A DNA stretch of 64,000 bases from an uncultured Muribaculaceae bacterium (GCA_964554535.1 CAZKPB010000006.1:39768-103767); one strand, 5' to 3'; counted from the first letter of the stretch, positions 46,156 to 57,003 are shown. Notes: generated by a model not told the origin, from the letters alone. Numbers and translations are program-made.

Positions 46156-47550
46156 ATGAACCGAACGCTCTGCCTTGCCATACTCCTTTGCTGTTTCCTC
46201 ACCGCACCGCGCGTCTTTGCCCAGAAGGTGAAGATTGGCAGCGTGGTGCTGCAAGGCAATAAAATCACTAGAGAAGTTGTCATACTCAGGGAATTACCAT
46301 TCTCGATAGGGGATTCTGTAGCTACTGAGGACCTGCCGCAATTGCTGGAACGTGCCAAAGAAAATATCTATAACCTGTCGCTGTTCAACTTTGTAAATGT
46401 AACCCCCGTCCTGGATACGCTTCAGCACAACGAAGTCCAGATCTGTCTTGACCTGGCGGAGCGCTGGTACGTGTGGCCTGTAGTGGAGGCTCGTATAGAA
46501 GAGCGTAATTTGAGCACGTGGATGCAAAATTTTGATTTTTCAAAAGTCACCGTAGAGGCCGGCGTACGAGTCAACAACTTCTTTGGTCTCAAGCATAAGC
46601 TCATTGTCACGGCCCGGGGCGGTTACCAGTGGGGACTGTTTTTCGGTTACCGCGACATTGCATTGGGCACCAACAGAAGGCACTTCCTGGGTTTGGACGT
46701 CAGTGCCAATACCAGTCATAATATTGACGCCTATACGGCCGAGGACAAACCGGCCCGTTTCAATATATCGGATGTGAATTTGGAAGAACAGTTGCAAACC
46801 CGCATCAACTATACCTATCGCAGCAGCATCCGCGAATCGCACAACCTGTCTTTCATACATACCGCCACCGTGCTGGCCGACACGGTACTCAAACTGAACC
46901 CCCAGTACTGGGGGGACGACCATACCACACGCAACGCCTTCCGTCTGAATTACTGGTATCTGATGGACCAGAGAGACTATCACAAATATCCGCTGGACGG
47001 ATACTATATTAAGAGTGGTATAAACAGCTATATCACGGCCGACAATTCGGTACGGTACCTGCAGGTCTTGCTGGGGCTGCAGTACTACAAGAAATTCACC
47101 GACCGCTGGATGGCTTCTTCCGTATTCAACGGGGGCTTTTCCGTGTCCAACAAACAGGCCTATATTCTGGAACACGCCATTGGTTACGGGTCGGCCATGT
47201 TGCGGGGTTATGAATATACGGTGGCCGACGGGCAGTCGTATTTCACCTCAAACAACACCCTGAAATTCTGTCTTTTAAAAGAGAAAGTATATACTATGGG
47301 GTGGCTTAACTGGTTGCCCAAATTCAACAAGATTCCCATTGCCATATACGTCAACGCACATTTTGATATGGGATACGCCTACAACAAGTGGTACCGCGCC
47401 TCAAACCTGTTGAGCAATCAGTTGCTGTTCGCCTATGGTGCCGGCATTGATATAGTAACTTATTACGATATGGTGATTGGGGTGGATTTTGCCCGTAACA
47501 AGCAGGGCCGCAACGGTTACTACTTCTCAATAAAGGTGCCTTTTCTATAG
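46156..47550 (+). CDS. Omp85/BamA-family outer-membrane protein with a single POTRA domain
   Basis: Start reset to 46156 (MNRTLCLAILLCCFLTAPRVFAQ). POTRA-like IGSVVLQGNKITREVVILRELPFSIGDSV. Barrel ending YYFSIKVPFL. Confidence 0.8.
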   Translation: MNRTLCLAILLCCFLTAPRVFAQKVKIGSVVLQGNKITREVVILRELPFSIGDSVATEDLPQLLERAKENIYNLSLFNFVNVTPVLDTLQHNEVQICLDLAERWYVWPVVEARIEERNLSTWMQNFDFSKVTVEAGVRVNNFFGLKHKLIVTARGGYQWGLFFGYRDIALGTNRRHFLGLDVSANTSHNIDAYTAEDKPARFNISDVNLEEQLQTRINYTYRSSIRESHNLSFIHTATVLADTVLKLNPQYWGDDHTTRNAFRLNYWYLMDQRDYHKYPLDGYYIKSGINSYITADNSVRYLQVLLGLQYYKKFTDRWMASSVFNGGFSVSNKQAYILEHAIGYGSAMLRGYEYTVADGQSYFTSNNTLKFCLLKEKVYTMGWLNWLPKFNKIPIAIYVNAHFDMGYAYNKWYRASNLLSNQLLFAYGAGIDIVTYYDMVIGVDFARNKQGRNGYYFSIKVPFL

Positions 47551-47564
47551 GCAACCGATTTATG

Positions 47565-47581
47565 TCTGACAACCTGTCAGA
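47565..47581 (+). terminator. Short hairpin after the Omp85 gene (weak terminator candidate)
   Basis: tctgaca-acc-tgtcaga: 7-bp stem and 3-nt loop, 14 nt after the stop. No T-tract follows. Confidence 0.25.
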
Positions 47582-47624
47582 GAATTCCTTATGGCACGAT
47601 GATTGACTTTGCACTAGTGATAAT

Positions 47625-50030
47625 ATGCACATACTAATGAATATGACCTTGAGTGACAATATGAGTGTGATTCCCTTAATGGAAATGCAAGTGGATGAAA
47701 CACACGATAATATAAAAGAAGAAGATTGCCCGTCCACACTGCCCCTGCTGGTATTGCGTAACGCGGTGCTCTTTCCCGGATCCCTTATACCCATCACGGT
47801 GGGCCGCAGTAAATCCATCAAATTAGTTAGGGAAAGCTACAATTCCAACAAATGGGTGGGAGCCGTAACCCAGATGGACGCATTGGAGGACGATCCGGAC
47901 GAAAAAGATATAAGCAGCCACGGATGTCTTGCCAAGATATTGAAAATCATTGAAATGCCAGAAGGAGGAATTACCGTAATCCTCCACGGGAGCCACCGTT
48001 TCGTTACCACACGCATGGTGCAGAGCCATCCCTACTTTGCGGCGGAAGTTCAATACCTCCCGGAAATTCTTCCGGAAGCCAATGACGACAGTTTCCGAGT
48101 GATGATAGACGGCATCAGGGACGTGGCGACGCAAATTCTGCAACTTTCTCCCTCCGTGCCGCGCGAGGCCGAGTTTGCCATGAAAAACATTGAAAGCAAT
48201 TTGTTCCTTGTCAACTTTGTATCTTCCAACATCTATTTTGAGAACATTCAGGACAAGTTGGAACTGCTTTCCATCAATTCGCTGAAAGACAGAGCATCTC
48301 GCCTGCTTGAACTACTCTACAAACAATTGGATCTGCTCAAATTCAAAGAACAGATTCATCAGAAAGTACGCGGTGAAATTGACCAGCAACAAAAAGAATA
48401 TTACCTCAACAACCAGCTGAAAACCATTCAGGATGAACTGGGTATCACGCAGGATATGGAGGATATTGACCAATTGCGGGAAATGGCGGCCGGCAAGCAA
48501 TGGAGCCAGGAAGTGGCCGACTTTTTTGAAAAGGAAGTCACCAAATTGGAACGTTCCAACCCCCACCAGCCCGACTACGGTATGCAGTTGAACTACCTGC
48601 AGTTTATGGTGGAACTTCCATGGAACGAATACACCAAAGACAAAATGGATCTCAAAAGAGCCAAAAGGGTATTGGACACAGACCATTCGGGGCTGGAAAC
48701 GGTAAAGGAACGCATCCTGGAATACCTGGCGGTGCTCAAACTCAAGGGAGACTTGAAATCACCCATTTTATGCCTGTACGGTCCTCCGGGGGTAGGTAAA
48801 ACCTCTTTGGGCCAGTCGGTTGCCCGTGCGCTGGGTCGCAAGTACGCCCGTATTTCGTTGGGCGGTCTGCACGACGAATCGGAAATCCGCGGACACCGTA
48901 AGACCTATATCGGAGCTATGCCAGGACGTATACTTCAAAGCATCAAACGCTGCGAATCGTCCAATCCCGTCATTATTCTGGACGAGATAGACAAAGTGGG
49001 CAGCGACTTCAGGGGAGACCCTTCCGCTGCGCTGCTGGAAGTGCTTGACCCGGAACAAAATGTTGCTTTCCACGACAATTACCTTGACGTGGATTACGAC
49101 TTGTCAAAAGTGCTGTTTATCACCACCGCCAACAACGTGTCCAACATTCAGCCCGCCCTGCGCGACCGTATGGAAATGATTCCCATAGACGGCTATCTGG
49201 CGGAAGAAAAACGCGTGATTTCCCAAAAGCACCTGGTGCCCAAACAATTAAAAGCCAACGGGCTGACCACAAAGCAATTAAAGTTGGATGCCAAAGCGCT
49301 GGACACTATCATCAACGAATACACCCGTGAATCCGGGGTACGTTCACTGGAAAAACAGATTGCCAAAATAGCACGCAATATTGCCAAAAAAATTGCCTTT
49401 GAAGAAGCTTACGATCCCAAACTCACACCCGACACGGTACGTGAAATTCTTGGGGTACAACGCATCCCGCAAGACATTCAGAAAGGCAACGAATTCCCTG
49501 GGGTGGTTACCGGACTGGCTTGGACAGAAGTAGGCGGAGAAATACTGTTTATTGAATCCAGCCTGAGCAAGGGCAAGGGCACGCTCACCACCACGGGCAA
49601 CCTTGGGGACGTGATGAAAGAATCTGCCATCATTGCCGTGGAATACCTCAAGGCACACGCCGTAGAATTCGGCATCAATCCCGACCGTTTTGAACAGGAA
49701 GACATTCACATTCACGTGCCGGAAGGCGCCATCCCCAAAGACGGTCCCTCGGCGGGTATCACCATGGTCTGCTCGCTGGCAAGCGCTTTTGCCGGGCAAT
49801 GCGTAAAAGAAGGCATAGCCATGACGGGGGAAATAACCCTGCGGGGACGTATACTTGCGGTAGGCGGCATCAAAGAAAAAATATTGGCAGCCAAACGATC
49901 GGGAATCAAGACCATTATTTTATCCGAGGACAACCGCAAAGACATTGAGGAAATCAAGCCCGACTTCATCAAGGGGCTTACCTTTCAATATATGAAGACC
50001 ATAAAAGACGTGGTACATTATGTGTTATAA
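47625..50030 (+). CDS. lon: Lon protease (endopeptidase La)
   Basis: [14 protein letters not shown] (LON N-domain), Walker [12 protein letters not shown], and proteolytic [11 protein letters not shown]. The start could be 47625 or the in-frame ATG at 47637. Confidence 0.93.
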   Translation: MHILMNMTLSDNMSVIPLMEMQVDETHDNIKEEDCPSTLPLLVLRNAVLFPGSLIPITVGRSKSIKLVRESYNSNKWVGAVTQMDALEDDPDEKDISSHGCLAKILKIIEMPEGGITVILHGSHRFVTTRMVQSHPYFAAEVQYLPEILPEANDDSFRVMIDGIRDVATQILQLSPSVPREAEFAMKNIESNLFLVNFVSSNIYFENIQDKLELLSINSLKDRASRLLELLYKQLDLLKFKEQIHQKVRGEIDQQQKEYYLNNQLKTIQDELGITQDMEDIDQLREMAAGKQWSQEVADFFEKEVTKLERSNPHQPDYGMQLNYLQFMVELPWNEYTKDKMDLKRAKRVLDTDHSGLETVKERILEYLAVLKLKGDLKSPILCLYGPPGVGKTSLGQSVARALGRKYARISLGGLHDESEIRGHRKTYIGAMPGRILQSIKRCESSNPVIILDEIDKVGSDFRGDPSAALLEVLDPEQNVAFHDNYLDVDYDLSKVLFITTANNVSNIQPALRDRMEMIPIDGYLAEEKRVISQKHLVPKQLKANGLTTKQLKLDAKALDTIINEYTRESGVRSLEKQIAKIARNIAKKIAFEEAYDPKLTPDTVREILGVQRIPQDIQKGNEFPGVVTGLAWTEVGGEILFIESSLSKGKGTLTTTGNLGDVMKESAIIAVEYLKAHAVEFGINPDRFEQEDIHIHVPEGAIPKDGPSAGITMVCSLASAFAGQCVKEGIAMTGEITLRGRILAVGGIKEKILAAKRSGIKTIILSEDNRKDIEEIKPDFIKGLTFQYMKTIKDVVHYVL

Positions 50031-50051
50031 AAAAGTCAAGCTGGCTATACT

Positions 50052-50720
50052 ATGGACGTACGCATTGAAAACGGTTGGAAAGAAGCGCTGCAACAAGAAT
50101 TTGACAGGCCCTATTTTGAGCAACTGTCTGCCTTTCTGCACCGGCAGCTTCAGGAGGGCAAAACCGTCTACCCTCCCGCACGTTTTATTTTCAATGCTTT
50201 TGAATACACCCCCTTTGACAAATTAAAAGTCGTGCTGTTGGGACAGGATCCTTACCATCAACCCGGGCAGGCCCACGGGCTTTCATTTTCGGTACCCCGG
50301 GGCGTGCCCCAGCCCCCCTCTTTACGCACGGTATTCACCGAGTTGCAGAACGACCTGGGTCTCACGCCCCCCACACACGGCTGTCTGGAAGGATGGGCCC
50401 GCCAAGGCGTACTGCTGCTCAATGCGGCACTGACGGTGGAAGCGGGCAAACCCGCCTCGCACAGCGGCATTGGGTGGATGATCTTCACCGATGCCGTCAT
50501 CCGGACGGTCAGTGTCCAAAAGGAACACATTGTGTTTTTGCTGTGGGGCAATTTTGCCCGCAGCAAACGCGACCTCATTGACACCGGTCACCATTGCGTG
50601 CTGGAAGCGGCACATCCCTCACCGCTGGCTCGCGGGGCGTTCTACGGCTGCCGCCATTTCTCGGCCACCAACACCTATCTTGTACAGCACGGCATTGAGC
50701 CGATAAATTGGCAATTATAG
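50052..50720 (+). CDS. ung: Uracil-DNA glycosylase
   Basis: VVLLGQDPYHQPGQAHGLSFSV and the HPSPL motif. Confidence 0.93.
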   Translation: MDVRIENGWKEALQQEFDRPYFEQLSAFLHRQLQEGKTVYPPARFIFNAFEYTPFDKLKVVLLGQDPYHQPGQAHGLSFSVPRGVPQPPSLRTVFTELQNDLGLTPPTHGCLEGWARQGVLLLNAALTVEAGKPASHSGIGWMIFTDAVIRTVSVQKEHIVFLLWGNFARSKRDLIDTGHHCVLEAAHPSPLARGAFYGCRHFSATNTYLVQHGIEPINWQL

Positions 50721-50742
50721 GTTACTGTTTGGGACTTTTGTT

Positions 50743-50750
50743 TACCTTTG
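50743..50750 (+). promoter_or_regulatory. -7 promoter box (tacctttg) upstream of coaD
   Basis: Exact TAnnTTTG, 21 nt upstream of the ATG at 50772. The track's TTG start at 50748 lies inside the box. Confidence 0.45.
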
Positions 50751-50771
50751 GGTCACCTTATACTCCTAAAT

Positions 50772-51248
50772 ATGGAACGAATAGCCGTATTTCCCGGGTC
50801 TTTTGACCCTTTTACCACCGGTCATCTGGACGTGGTGGTGTCCGCCCTAAAACTGTTTGACAAAGTGGTGATAGCCGTTGGGGTAAACCGGCAGAAAGCC
50901 GGATTATTCACTCCCGAGGCCCGTGTGGAAATGATACAAAGCGTCATAGAAGGCATACCCAATGTGGAAGTATGCGCCTACTCGGGGCTTACCATAGATT
51001 TTTGCCGCAGCCGCAACATCCGCTATATTTTCAGAGGCATACGCACCACTACCGACTTTGAACTGGAACAGGTCATTGCACAGGTGAATTCCAAAATGGC
51101 TCCGGAAATACAGACCATTTTCATTCCCTCGGGACCCAAGTATTCCTTTATCTCATCCACGGTGGTACGGGATGTGCTTCTCAATGGAGGGGACGCAGCC
51201 TGTATGGTACCACCCAAGGTGGATTTGAAAAAGTATTTGAATAAATGA
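50772..51248 (+). CDS. coaD: Pantetheine-phosphate adenylyltransferase
   Basis: MERIAVFPGSFDPFTTGHLDVV (T/HxGH nucleotidyltransferase motif), ~158 aa. Confidence 0.92.
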   Translation: MERIAVFPGSFDPFTTGHLDVVVSALKLFDKVVIAVGVNRQKAGLFTPEARVEMIQSVIEGIPNVEVCAYSGLTIDFCRSRNIRYIFRGIRTTTDFELEQVIAQVNSKMAPEIQTIFIPSGPKYSFISSTVVRDVLLNGGDAACMVPPKVDLKKYLNK

Positions 51249-52981
51249 CCCTTATGTGGAAACTTTGTCTTCTTGTAGGATATCTCTTTCAACTGTGCCT
51301 GAATTCGGGCAGCCCTGCTCCGGTGGTACTCGCCGGACAGGAAGGGGACAAAGTGACTCCTATAGACACACTGCTTCCCAATCACGTGGGCTGCCTTAGT
51401 TTTGAGGGCGCCACACCGCTGGCACCGGGGCAATATCTTTTTGTACAGGACGGCAGACGACTGTTCAATTTTCTAATCTCAAGCACTGAAAAACAGGAAA
51501 TGTCATTCACCGCCACGGTGGCAAACGGTGGCGTACAGGATATTCAGATTACCGGATCGGAAGAGAACAACGCCTATATGCGTTTTTACCAGTACCTTCA
51601 GGAACAGTACTACCGGATTGACCATCTGATGGAAGAATATCCGGATACATTGCAGGCTCTGGAGCAGGTGGCACGCCTGGAAGCCACCTCGCGTGAGTAC
51701 ACCGATTTTCTGAGTGAACGTTTTCAAGGACAGATGCTGGGCATTATCACCAGGAACGTATTTACCCCGCAGGTCACCCCAAACACGGCGGTACTCCATT
51801 ACCTGGATTACGTGGACTTTTCCGACCCGAGGCTGGTACGCACCTCTATCCTGCCGCTGCGGCTCAACGAATACTTCTCGCAAGTGGTCCCCCCTGTGGC
51901 GGATTCACTTATCTTTCACATAGACAGAATATTGAACCAGGAATCCATTGATCCCGAGGTCAAGACCTATTGCGCCCGTTACCTGTTCACCCATTTTTTC
52001 TCCAGCCCGGTGATGGGTATGGAGACAGTGGCCGTTCACATTGCCAGGAACTACTTTCTGAATCACGTGGTGGAATGGTCAAACCCTGCCGAATTGCAGG
52101 AACTTGAAAATTACGTGGCTTTCAACAGCCAATGTCTTATGGGAATGGAAGCACCCGAACTTTCTCTGCCTGACCGAAACGGTACTGCAGTTTCCCTGCA
52201 TCAGCAGACGGCCCCCTATACGCTGGTTTTCTTCTTTGAAGAAGGTTGTCCCCTATGCAGCAGCCAAATCCTGGAACTGAAAGCGTTCTACGATTCCTAT
52301 ACCGGTCCCCGCCTGCACGTCTATGCCGTGTACACGCAAGACAAGGAAGAGGTGCTGGAGCGGTACGCAGACTATTTTCCGGCGGATTGGAGCGTAGTAT
52401 GGGACCCCGGATTCACGGCCGACTTTCCCCATAAATACAATGTACGTTCTACGCCAAAGATGTTTCTGTTGGACAGCCAGAAGCGGATAATAGGACGTGA
52501 TATCACCACCTCGACCGTTCAAGAAATACTCCGCGACCGGGCCGCTCGTACCACTTCTGCGCCTGCCGACACTCGGCCTGCGGTTTCCAATGTGTTTTTG
52601 GAGACAGAGAACGGGGAATCCTTTGCTTTGTACGACGTGGAAGCCGCGCACACCATTGTACTTTTCTACGATCCCGCCTGTGTGATGTGCGGAGCCGTCA
52701 CACACGCCGTATACCAACTTTACCTGCAGCACAAAGACAAAGATTTGAAGGTCCTTGCCGTTTACACCGGGAGCGATTATGCCTCCTGGAGGCTGTGGCT
52801 TGAAGAAGCCGGCTATACCCAATGGATCAATGTATGGAACCCTTCTGCAGACGACCGGTTGCATCAGGCCTTTCAAATAGGCCCTCCCCCCGCCATCTTC
52901 CTGTTGAACAAGGACAGGCAGCTAGATGCCGAACGCTTATCAATAGACGATCTCAGTTACATTATAAACAATTTGATATAA
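51245..52981 (+). CDS. Two-module thioredoxin-fold (TlpA/AhpC-TSA-like) protein with an N-terminal domain of unknown function
   Basis: The ATG overlaps the coaD TGA (ATGA). Two redox-like motifs, FFEEGCPLCSSQ (CPLC) and FYDPACVMCGAV (CVMC), each in a thioredoxin-like context. Confidence 0.75.
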   Translation: MTLMWKLCLLVGYLFQLCLNSGSPAPVVLAGQEGDKVTPIDTLLPNHVGCLSFEGATPLAPGQYLFVQDGRRLFNFLISSTEKQEMSFTATVANGGVQDIQITGSEENNAYMRFYQYLQEQYYRIDHLMEEYPDTLQALEQVARLEATSREYTDFLSERFQGQMLGIITRNVFTPQVTPNTAVLHYLDYVDFSDPRLVRTSILPLRLNEYFSQVVPPVADSLIFHIDRILNQESIDPEVKTYCARYLFTHFFSSPVMGMETVAVHIARNYFLNHVVEWSNPAELQELENYVAFNSQCLMGMEAPELSLPDRNGTAVSLHQQTAPYTLVFFFEEGCPLCSSQILELKAFYDSYTGPRLHVYAVYTQDKEEVLERYADYFPADWSVVWDPGFTADFPHKYNVRSTPKMFLLDSQKRIIGRDITTSTVQEILRDRAARTTSAPADTRPAVSNVFLETENGESFALYDVEAAHTIVLFYDPACVMCGAVTHAVYQLYLQHKDKDLKVLAVYTGSDYASWRLWLEEAGYTQWINVWNPSADDRLHQAFQIGPPPAIFLLNKDRQLDAERLSIDDLSYIINNLI

Positions 52982-54789
52982 TGGCATATCTGTACAGCGA
53001 CTATTTGAAATTCCTCAAAGAGAAAGGCCTGTTGCAAGTCATCAACCGGTACGTGGATACCAACTATGAGATGGCCGAGGTCACCGACCGCCAGGCCAGC
53101 CTTCCCTCGGGAGGCAAAGCCCTGCTGTTTGAAAACAACGGTACGGGATTCTCTATTGTCACCAACCTGTTTTCCTCTCAACAAAAAATTGCCGCCGCGC
53201 TGGGTGTAACCAATTTGGACGATGCGGCCGAAAGGTTGGTTTCGTTTATTCAGTCGTCCTACCCCACCCATTTGAACAAGAGCCTGCTGCGGCGGTCTTC
53301 CAACGATGTGGGGCAGTATGCGCCTCACACCTTATCTACCGGGCCGTGTCAGGAAATTGCCATGTTTCCTCCCGACTTGAACCGTATTCCGTTTTTGCGC
53401 AACCGCCAGTATGACCAGGCCTGCTGTTTGACTACCGGACAACTGTATATCAAGAATCCCTACAAACAAACGTTTTACGTATCTTCCACCAGAATGCAGT
53501 GGCATTCAAAAGATACCGCCCAAGTTAGAATAGAGCCCAGTTCTCCGGTCGCGCAATTCATTCACGCCACCCAATCCAACACCGTACCTGTAGCCATCTG
53601 CTTTGGAGGGGACCCGCTTTATACGCTGTCTTCGTTTTTTCACTTAAAGACAGACCTGGACCCCCTGATACTGGCAGGCTATATGCGCAAAAAATCCATA
53701 GGCAAGGTAACCTGCCTGAGCCAGCCGATAGAGATTCCGGAAAATTCGGACCTTGTAATTGAAGGGTACATAGACAAGAACGACGCCTTGATGGAGGCGG
53801 TCAGTTGCGGTGAACATACCGGTTTCTATTCCATTGGCATTAAAGAACCGCTGTTGCACGTCACCTGCATTACCCACCGTAGAAACCCGGTGATACCTCA
53901 ATTCCTTCCGGGCAATATCCTTGCCCGTTCGCGCGGTACCGTATCGCGCATTATGTCCCGCTTCCTGAACATCTGCCTGCAACAAACCGTTTCTCCGGAA
54001 ATCAGCCGTTTTATCATCCCTTCCGTGGCCACATACTGCAATATGGTTCTGGTGTCAATTGACAAATTCTATAACGGACAAGTATATAAGGTGGCCCATA
54101 CCATATGGGGAAACTTCCTCACCGCCCTCAACAAACTGCTGATAGTGACAGACCAAGATGTCGATATCCGTTCCATGAGACAATTGCACCGAGTACTGCT
54201 GGAAAATTACAACCCCGCCACCGATACCTTTTTCAGCAGAGGACCGCTGAGCCTGCTGGACCACTCGGCACCGCAAAACGGTTTTGGAGGCAAAATCTGT
54301 ATTGACGCCACGGCTAAAACGGGAAGACACCGTAACGTTCCGCCAGATTCAAAAACCCCGGCTATCTGTTTTTATCACGCTAAAGTCGGTTATATGCCGG
54401 AAAAGATATTCCCGGATTCCCTGATTTACGTCAGACTGGATGACACCGTGGATACATCCTGTAACGCCCTGTGTCTTTGGCAGACCATCTCAAATACCGA
54501 TCCCATACGTGATGTGCGCCTGGTTGAAGGAAAACTGTTTGTGGACGCTTGTTCCAAACGCCCCGGAGACCGTGGTGTGACCCGCCCCTGGCCTAATGTA
54601 TGCTGTTCCAAAAAAGAAACTATAGAAGCGGTTGACGGTTATTGGGACAGACTGATGCTTGGAAATGCCGTTCCGTCTCCCTCCCTGCGGTTTCAGTGTC
54701 TTTTACGGGGAGAACAGGCCATGATGCCCCAGAATAATACGCAAGCCAGCATAAGCCAGGAGGCTCCTGTTCCCACTAAATCCTTGTGA
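52981..54789 (+). CDS. UbiD-family (prenyl-FMN-dependent) decarboxylase
   Basis: Start reset to the ATG at 52981 (MAYLYSDYLKFLKEKGLLQVINRYVDTNYEMAEVTDR), overlapping the upstream TAA by 1 nt. About 602 aa with UbiD-like N-terminal and core layout. Family call is from recall, not alignment. Confidence 0.75.
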   Translation: MAYLYSDYLKFLKEKGLLQVINRYVDTNYEMAEVTDRQASLPSGGKALLFENNGTGFSIVTNLFSSQQKIAAALGVTNLDDAAERLVSFIQSSYPTHLNKSLLRRSSNDVGQYAPHTLSTGPCQEIAMFPPDLNRIPFLRNRQYDQACCLTTGQLYIKNPYKQTFYVSSTRMQWHSKDTAQVRIEPSSPVAQFIHATQSNTVPVAICFGGDPLYTLSSFFHLKTDLDPLILAGYMRKKSIGKVTCLSQPIEIPENSDLVIEGYIDKNDALMEAVSCGEHTGFYSIGIKEPLLHVTCITHRRNPVIPQFLPGNILARSRGTVSRIMSRFLNICLQQTVSPEISRFIIPSVATYCNMVLVSIDKFYNGQVYKVAHTIWGNFLTALNKLLIVTDQDVDIRSMRQLHRVLLENYNPATDTFFSRGPLSLLDHSAPQNGFGGKICIDATAKTGRHRNVPPDSKTPAICFYHAKVGYMPEKIFPDSLIYVRLDDTVDTSCNALCLWQTISNTDPIRDVRLVEGKLFVDACSKRPGDRGVTRPWPNVCCSKKETIEAVDGYWDRLMLGNAVPSPSLRFQCLLRGEQAMMPQNNTQASISQEAPVPTKSL

Positions 54790-56288
54790 CGAACATAGAA
54801 CGTCAATTTGTCGTTCAGATTCAACGTGCCCTTCAATACGGCCGGTTCCCACCATTTTGTCTGTGCCAGCCGCTCTCCCCGCTGATTCACCAACGCGGAT
54901 ACTCCCGTATTGGCACTGCGCGCAATACTGCGTCTTGTTTCAATGGCCCGCAGCGAGGCATAACTGAGGTGTTGCCTGTACCCCGGAGTATTGCCCCACC
55001 AGCCGTCATTGGTGATGACCGACATCAGTGTGGCCCCCTTTGTTACATATTCCGTAAAAAACGCGCCGTATATGGATTCATAGCATATGGCCACTCCCAC
55101 TTTGCCGGCGTGGCCCGCGTGCGTAAAGACTTCCCTGTTTTTCTGTGTTCCCAGAGAGCCCGTGGTACCGCCCAGGTCCAGCGCCATCTTTTCCACTATG
55201 GGAAATTTTTCTACAAAAGGCATTTTCTCGGCCCCCACCACCAATTTGGATTTGTGGTAGATCCCCACTCTGTCCGTAGTGTCCATAAACATAGCCGAGT
55301 TGAACGCATCATACCACAACCTGCCGCTGCGACGGGCAGTGGGGGTGGGACGGGACGCGGCATTTTCATAAACCCGGGCGGTGGACGCCCCGGTAACAAA
55401 TGCCACATTGGGGAACCGGTGTACAAAACGCTGTATACGCTGCAAGGTCGGATTGGTCAGCAACATTGTTTCCACAACGTTTTGGGTAAACGTTTCCGGA
55501 GCAAACACGTAATCCGTGGAAGCGGTTACCTGCTGGTCCGCCAGGGCAAACAGTCTTTCATCCTGAGCATCCTGTGAAAGACCGTTAAATTTCTCCCCTC
55601 CCGGAGTGGGATCAATATTGGGTTGAAGCACTACCACTTCCACCGGGTCGGGAACTTCTTCATACGTATAAAAACGTATCACCGACCCGGCCACCGGAAG
55701 CAGTATACAAACGGCGGCCACGCGGTAGATTACTTTTGGATGTTTGGCGGTAAACGCAAAAAACAACAGCACATTGCATAGAAACACCCAGGCGGTTCCT
55801 CCCAATGCACCCGTCCACTCATACCATTGTATCAAACGGATATTGTTGGCAAAACCGTTGCCCAGCACCAACCACGGAAAAGATATCTCCGCATCAAAAT
55901 AAAAATGCTCCCAGGCTATCCACAGCACGGCCAAGAAAATATACGCCACAAACGTTGCGTATCCCTTCTTCAGCAACATCTTTTTAAACAGACGGAACAA
56001 CAGGAAAATCAAATACATCTGGAACGCATTCCCTACCACTGCAAATACACCGCCCGCCGGAGTGATGTTCCATATCCAAAAAACGGCAAGGGCATTCCAT
56101 ACCAGAAAGGTAAGGGCATAATATTTCCAACAACCCTTTTTCCCCGACGCGGTAAACTCCTGTTCCATCCACAGAAGAGGCACCCACGCAAACAATAACA
56201 GCAAACCGGTATGCGGAAAAAGCCAGGGTATACTCAGCAAGACGCCCGACAATATGGAAAAGAGAAAATTTTTACCTATAGTGTTCAT
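54693..56288 (-). CDS. lnt: Apolipoprotein N-acyltransferase
   Basis: Start reset to the ATG at 56286-56288 (MNTIGKNFLFSILSGVLLSIPWLF). Multi-TM N-domain, then a CN-hydrolase domain (VGVAICYES) and a final TM helix. Confidence 0.88.
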   Translation of the reverse strand: MNTIGKNFLFSILSGVLLSIPWLFPHTGLLLLFAWVPLLWMEQEFTASGKKGCWKYYALTFLVWNALAVFWIWNITPAGGVFAVVGNAFQMYLIFLLFRLFKKMLLKKGYATFVAYIFLAVLWIAWEHFYFDAEISFPWLVLGNGFANNIRLIQWYEWTGALGGTAWVFLCNVLLFFAFTAKHPKVIYRVAAVCILLPVAGSVIRFYTYEEVPDPVEVVVLQPNIDPTPGGEKFNGLSQDAQDERLFALADQQVTASTDYVFAPETFTQNVVETMLLTNPTLQRIQRFVHRFPNVAFVTGASTARVYENAASRPTPTARRSGRLWYDAFNSAMFMDTTDRVGIYHKSKLVVGAEKMPFVEKFPIVEKMALDLGGTTGSLGTQKNREVFTHAGHAGKVGVAICYESIYGAFFTEYVTKGATLMSVITNDGWWGNTPGYRQHLSYASLRAIETRRSIARSANTGVSALVNQRGERLAQTKWWEPAVLKGTLNLNDKLTFYVRHKDLVGTGASWLMLACVLFWGIMACSPRKRH

Positions 56289-56292
56289 CTTG

Positions 56293-56300
56293 CAAAGATA
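56293..56300 (-). promoter_or_regulatory. -7 promoter box (tatctttg) 4 nt upstream of the lnt ATG
   Basis: The reverse strand reads tatctttg-caag-ATG. Confidence 0.45.
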
Positions 56301-56326
56301 TATAAAATCGTTTTCCGCTAAATGAT

Positions 56327-56334
56327 TACCTTTG
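56327..56334 (+). promoter_or_regulatory. -7 promoter box (tacctttg) upstream of the LysE-family gene
   Basis: Exact TAnnTTTG, 6 nt upstream of the ATG at 56341. The track's TTG start at 56332 lies inside the box. Confidence 0.45.
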
Positions 56335-56340
56335 CCGCCC

Positions 56341-56997
56341 ATGAACGATTTTGTATACAGTTTTCTTTTTGGGATGGTAGCCGGATTCAGTTCCTCAATC
56401 CCGCTGGGACCGGGAGGTTTATTCTGCATCCAGCGCACGCTCGGCAAAGGCCACCTCTCCGGCTTTCTGGCGGGAGTGGGTACAGCCACATCTGACTGCA
56501 TCTACGCTACTATGTCCCTGGTATGCCTGTCGTTTGTCCAAAGCTTCATTGACAGTCACCGAAACCTACTGTTTCTCATTTGCGGGCTGGCCCTTATGGT
56601 GACCGGAATTACCATTTTTGCCGCCAACCCGGTCAAACAAATTCGGCAGAACACGCCTCCCCATAAGCGGCTGTGGGGTGATTACGCCTCGGCATTTCTC
56701 ATTGCCTTTACCAATCCGGGGTGCCTGTTTCTGATTATGGGGGTCTTTGCCTTCCTGGGGCACATCTGGCACGCTCCCACCCAATCCTCGGCTGTATGGG
56801 CCGTAGTACCCGGGGTGGTGTGCGGGGCCTCGCTCTGGTGGTTCAGCCTCAGCTCTCTGGTGAACCATTTCCGGAGAAAATTCAGATTGCGTCAGTTATG
56901 GTGGATCAACCGAATTGCAGGGATTGCGATAGGCGTATTGGGAATTATTGCCGCCGAACAGGGGCTTTCACATATCCTGCGCGCATTTATCGAGTAA
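56341..56997 (+). CDS. LysE/RhtB-family amino-acid exporter
   Basis: MNDFVYSFLFGMVAGFSSSIPLGPGGLFCIQRTL. About 218 aa with 5-6 TM segments, typical of the LysE family. Confidence 0.8.
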   Translation: MNDFVYSFLFGMVAGFSSSIPLGPGGLFCIQRTLGKGHLSGFLAGVGTATSDCIYATMSLVCLSFVQSFIDSHRNLLFLICGLALMVTGITIFAANPVKQIRQNTPPHKRLWGDYASAFLIAFTNPGCLFLIMGVFAFLGHIWHAPTQSSAVWAVVPGVVCGASLWWFSLSSLVNHFRRKFRLRQLWWINRIAGIAIGVLGIIAAEQGLSHILRAFIE

Positions 56998-57003
56998 TTT
57001 TTT

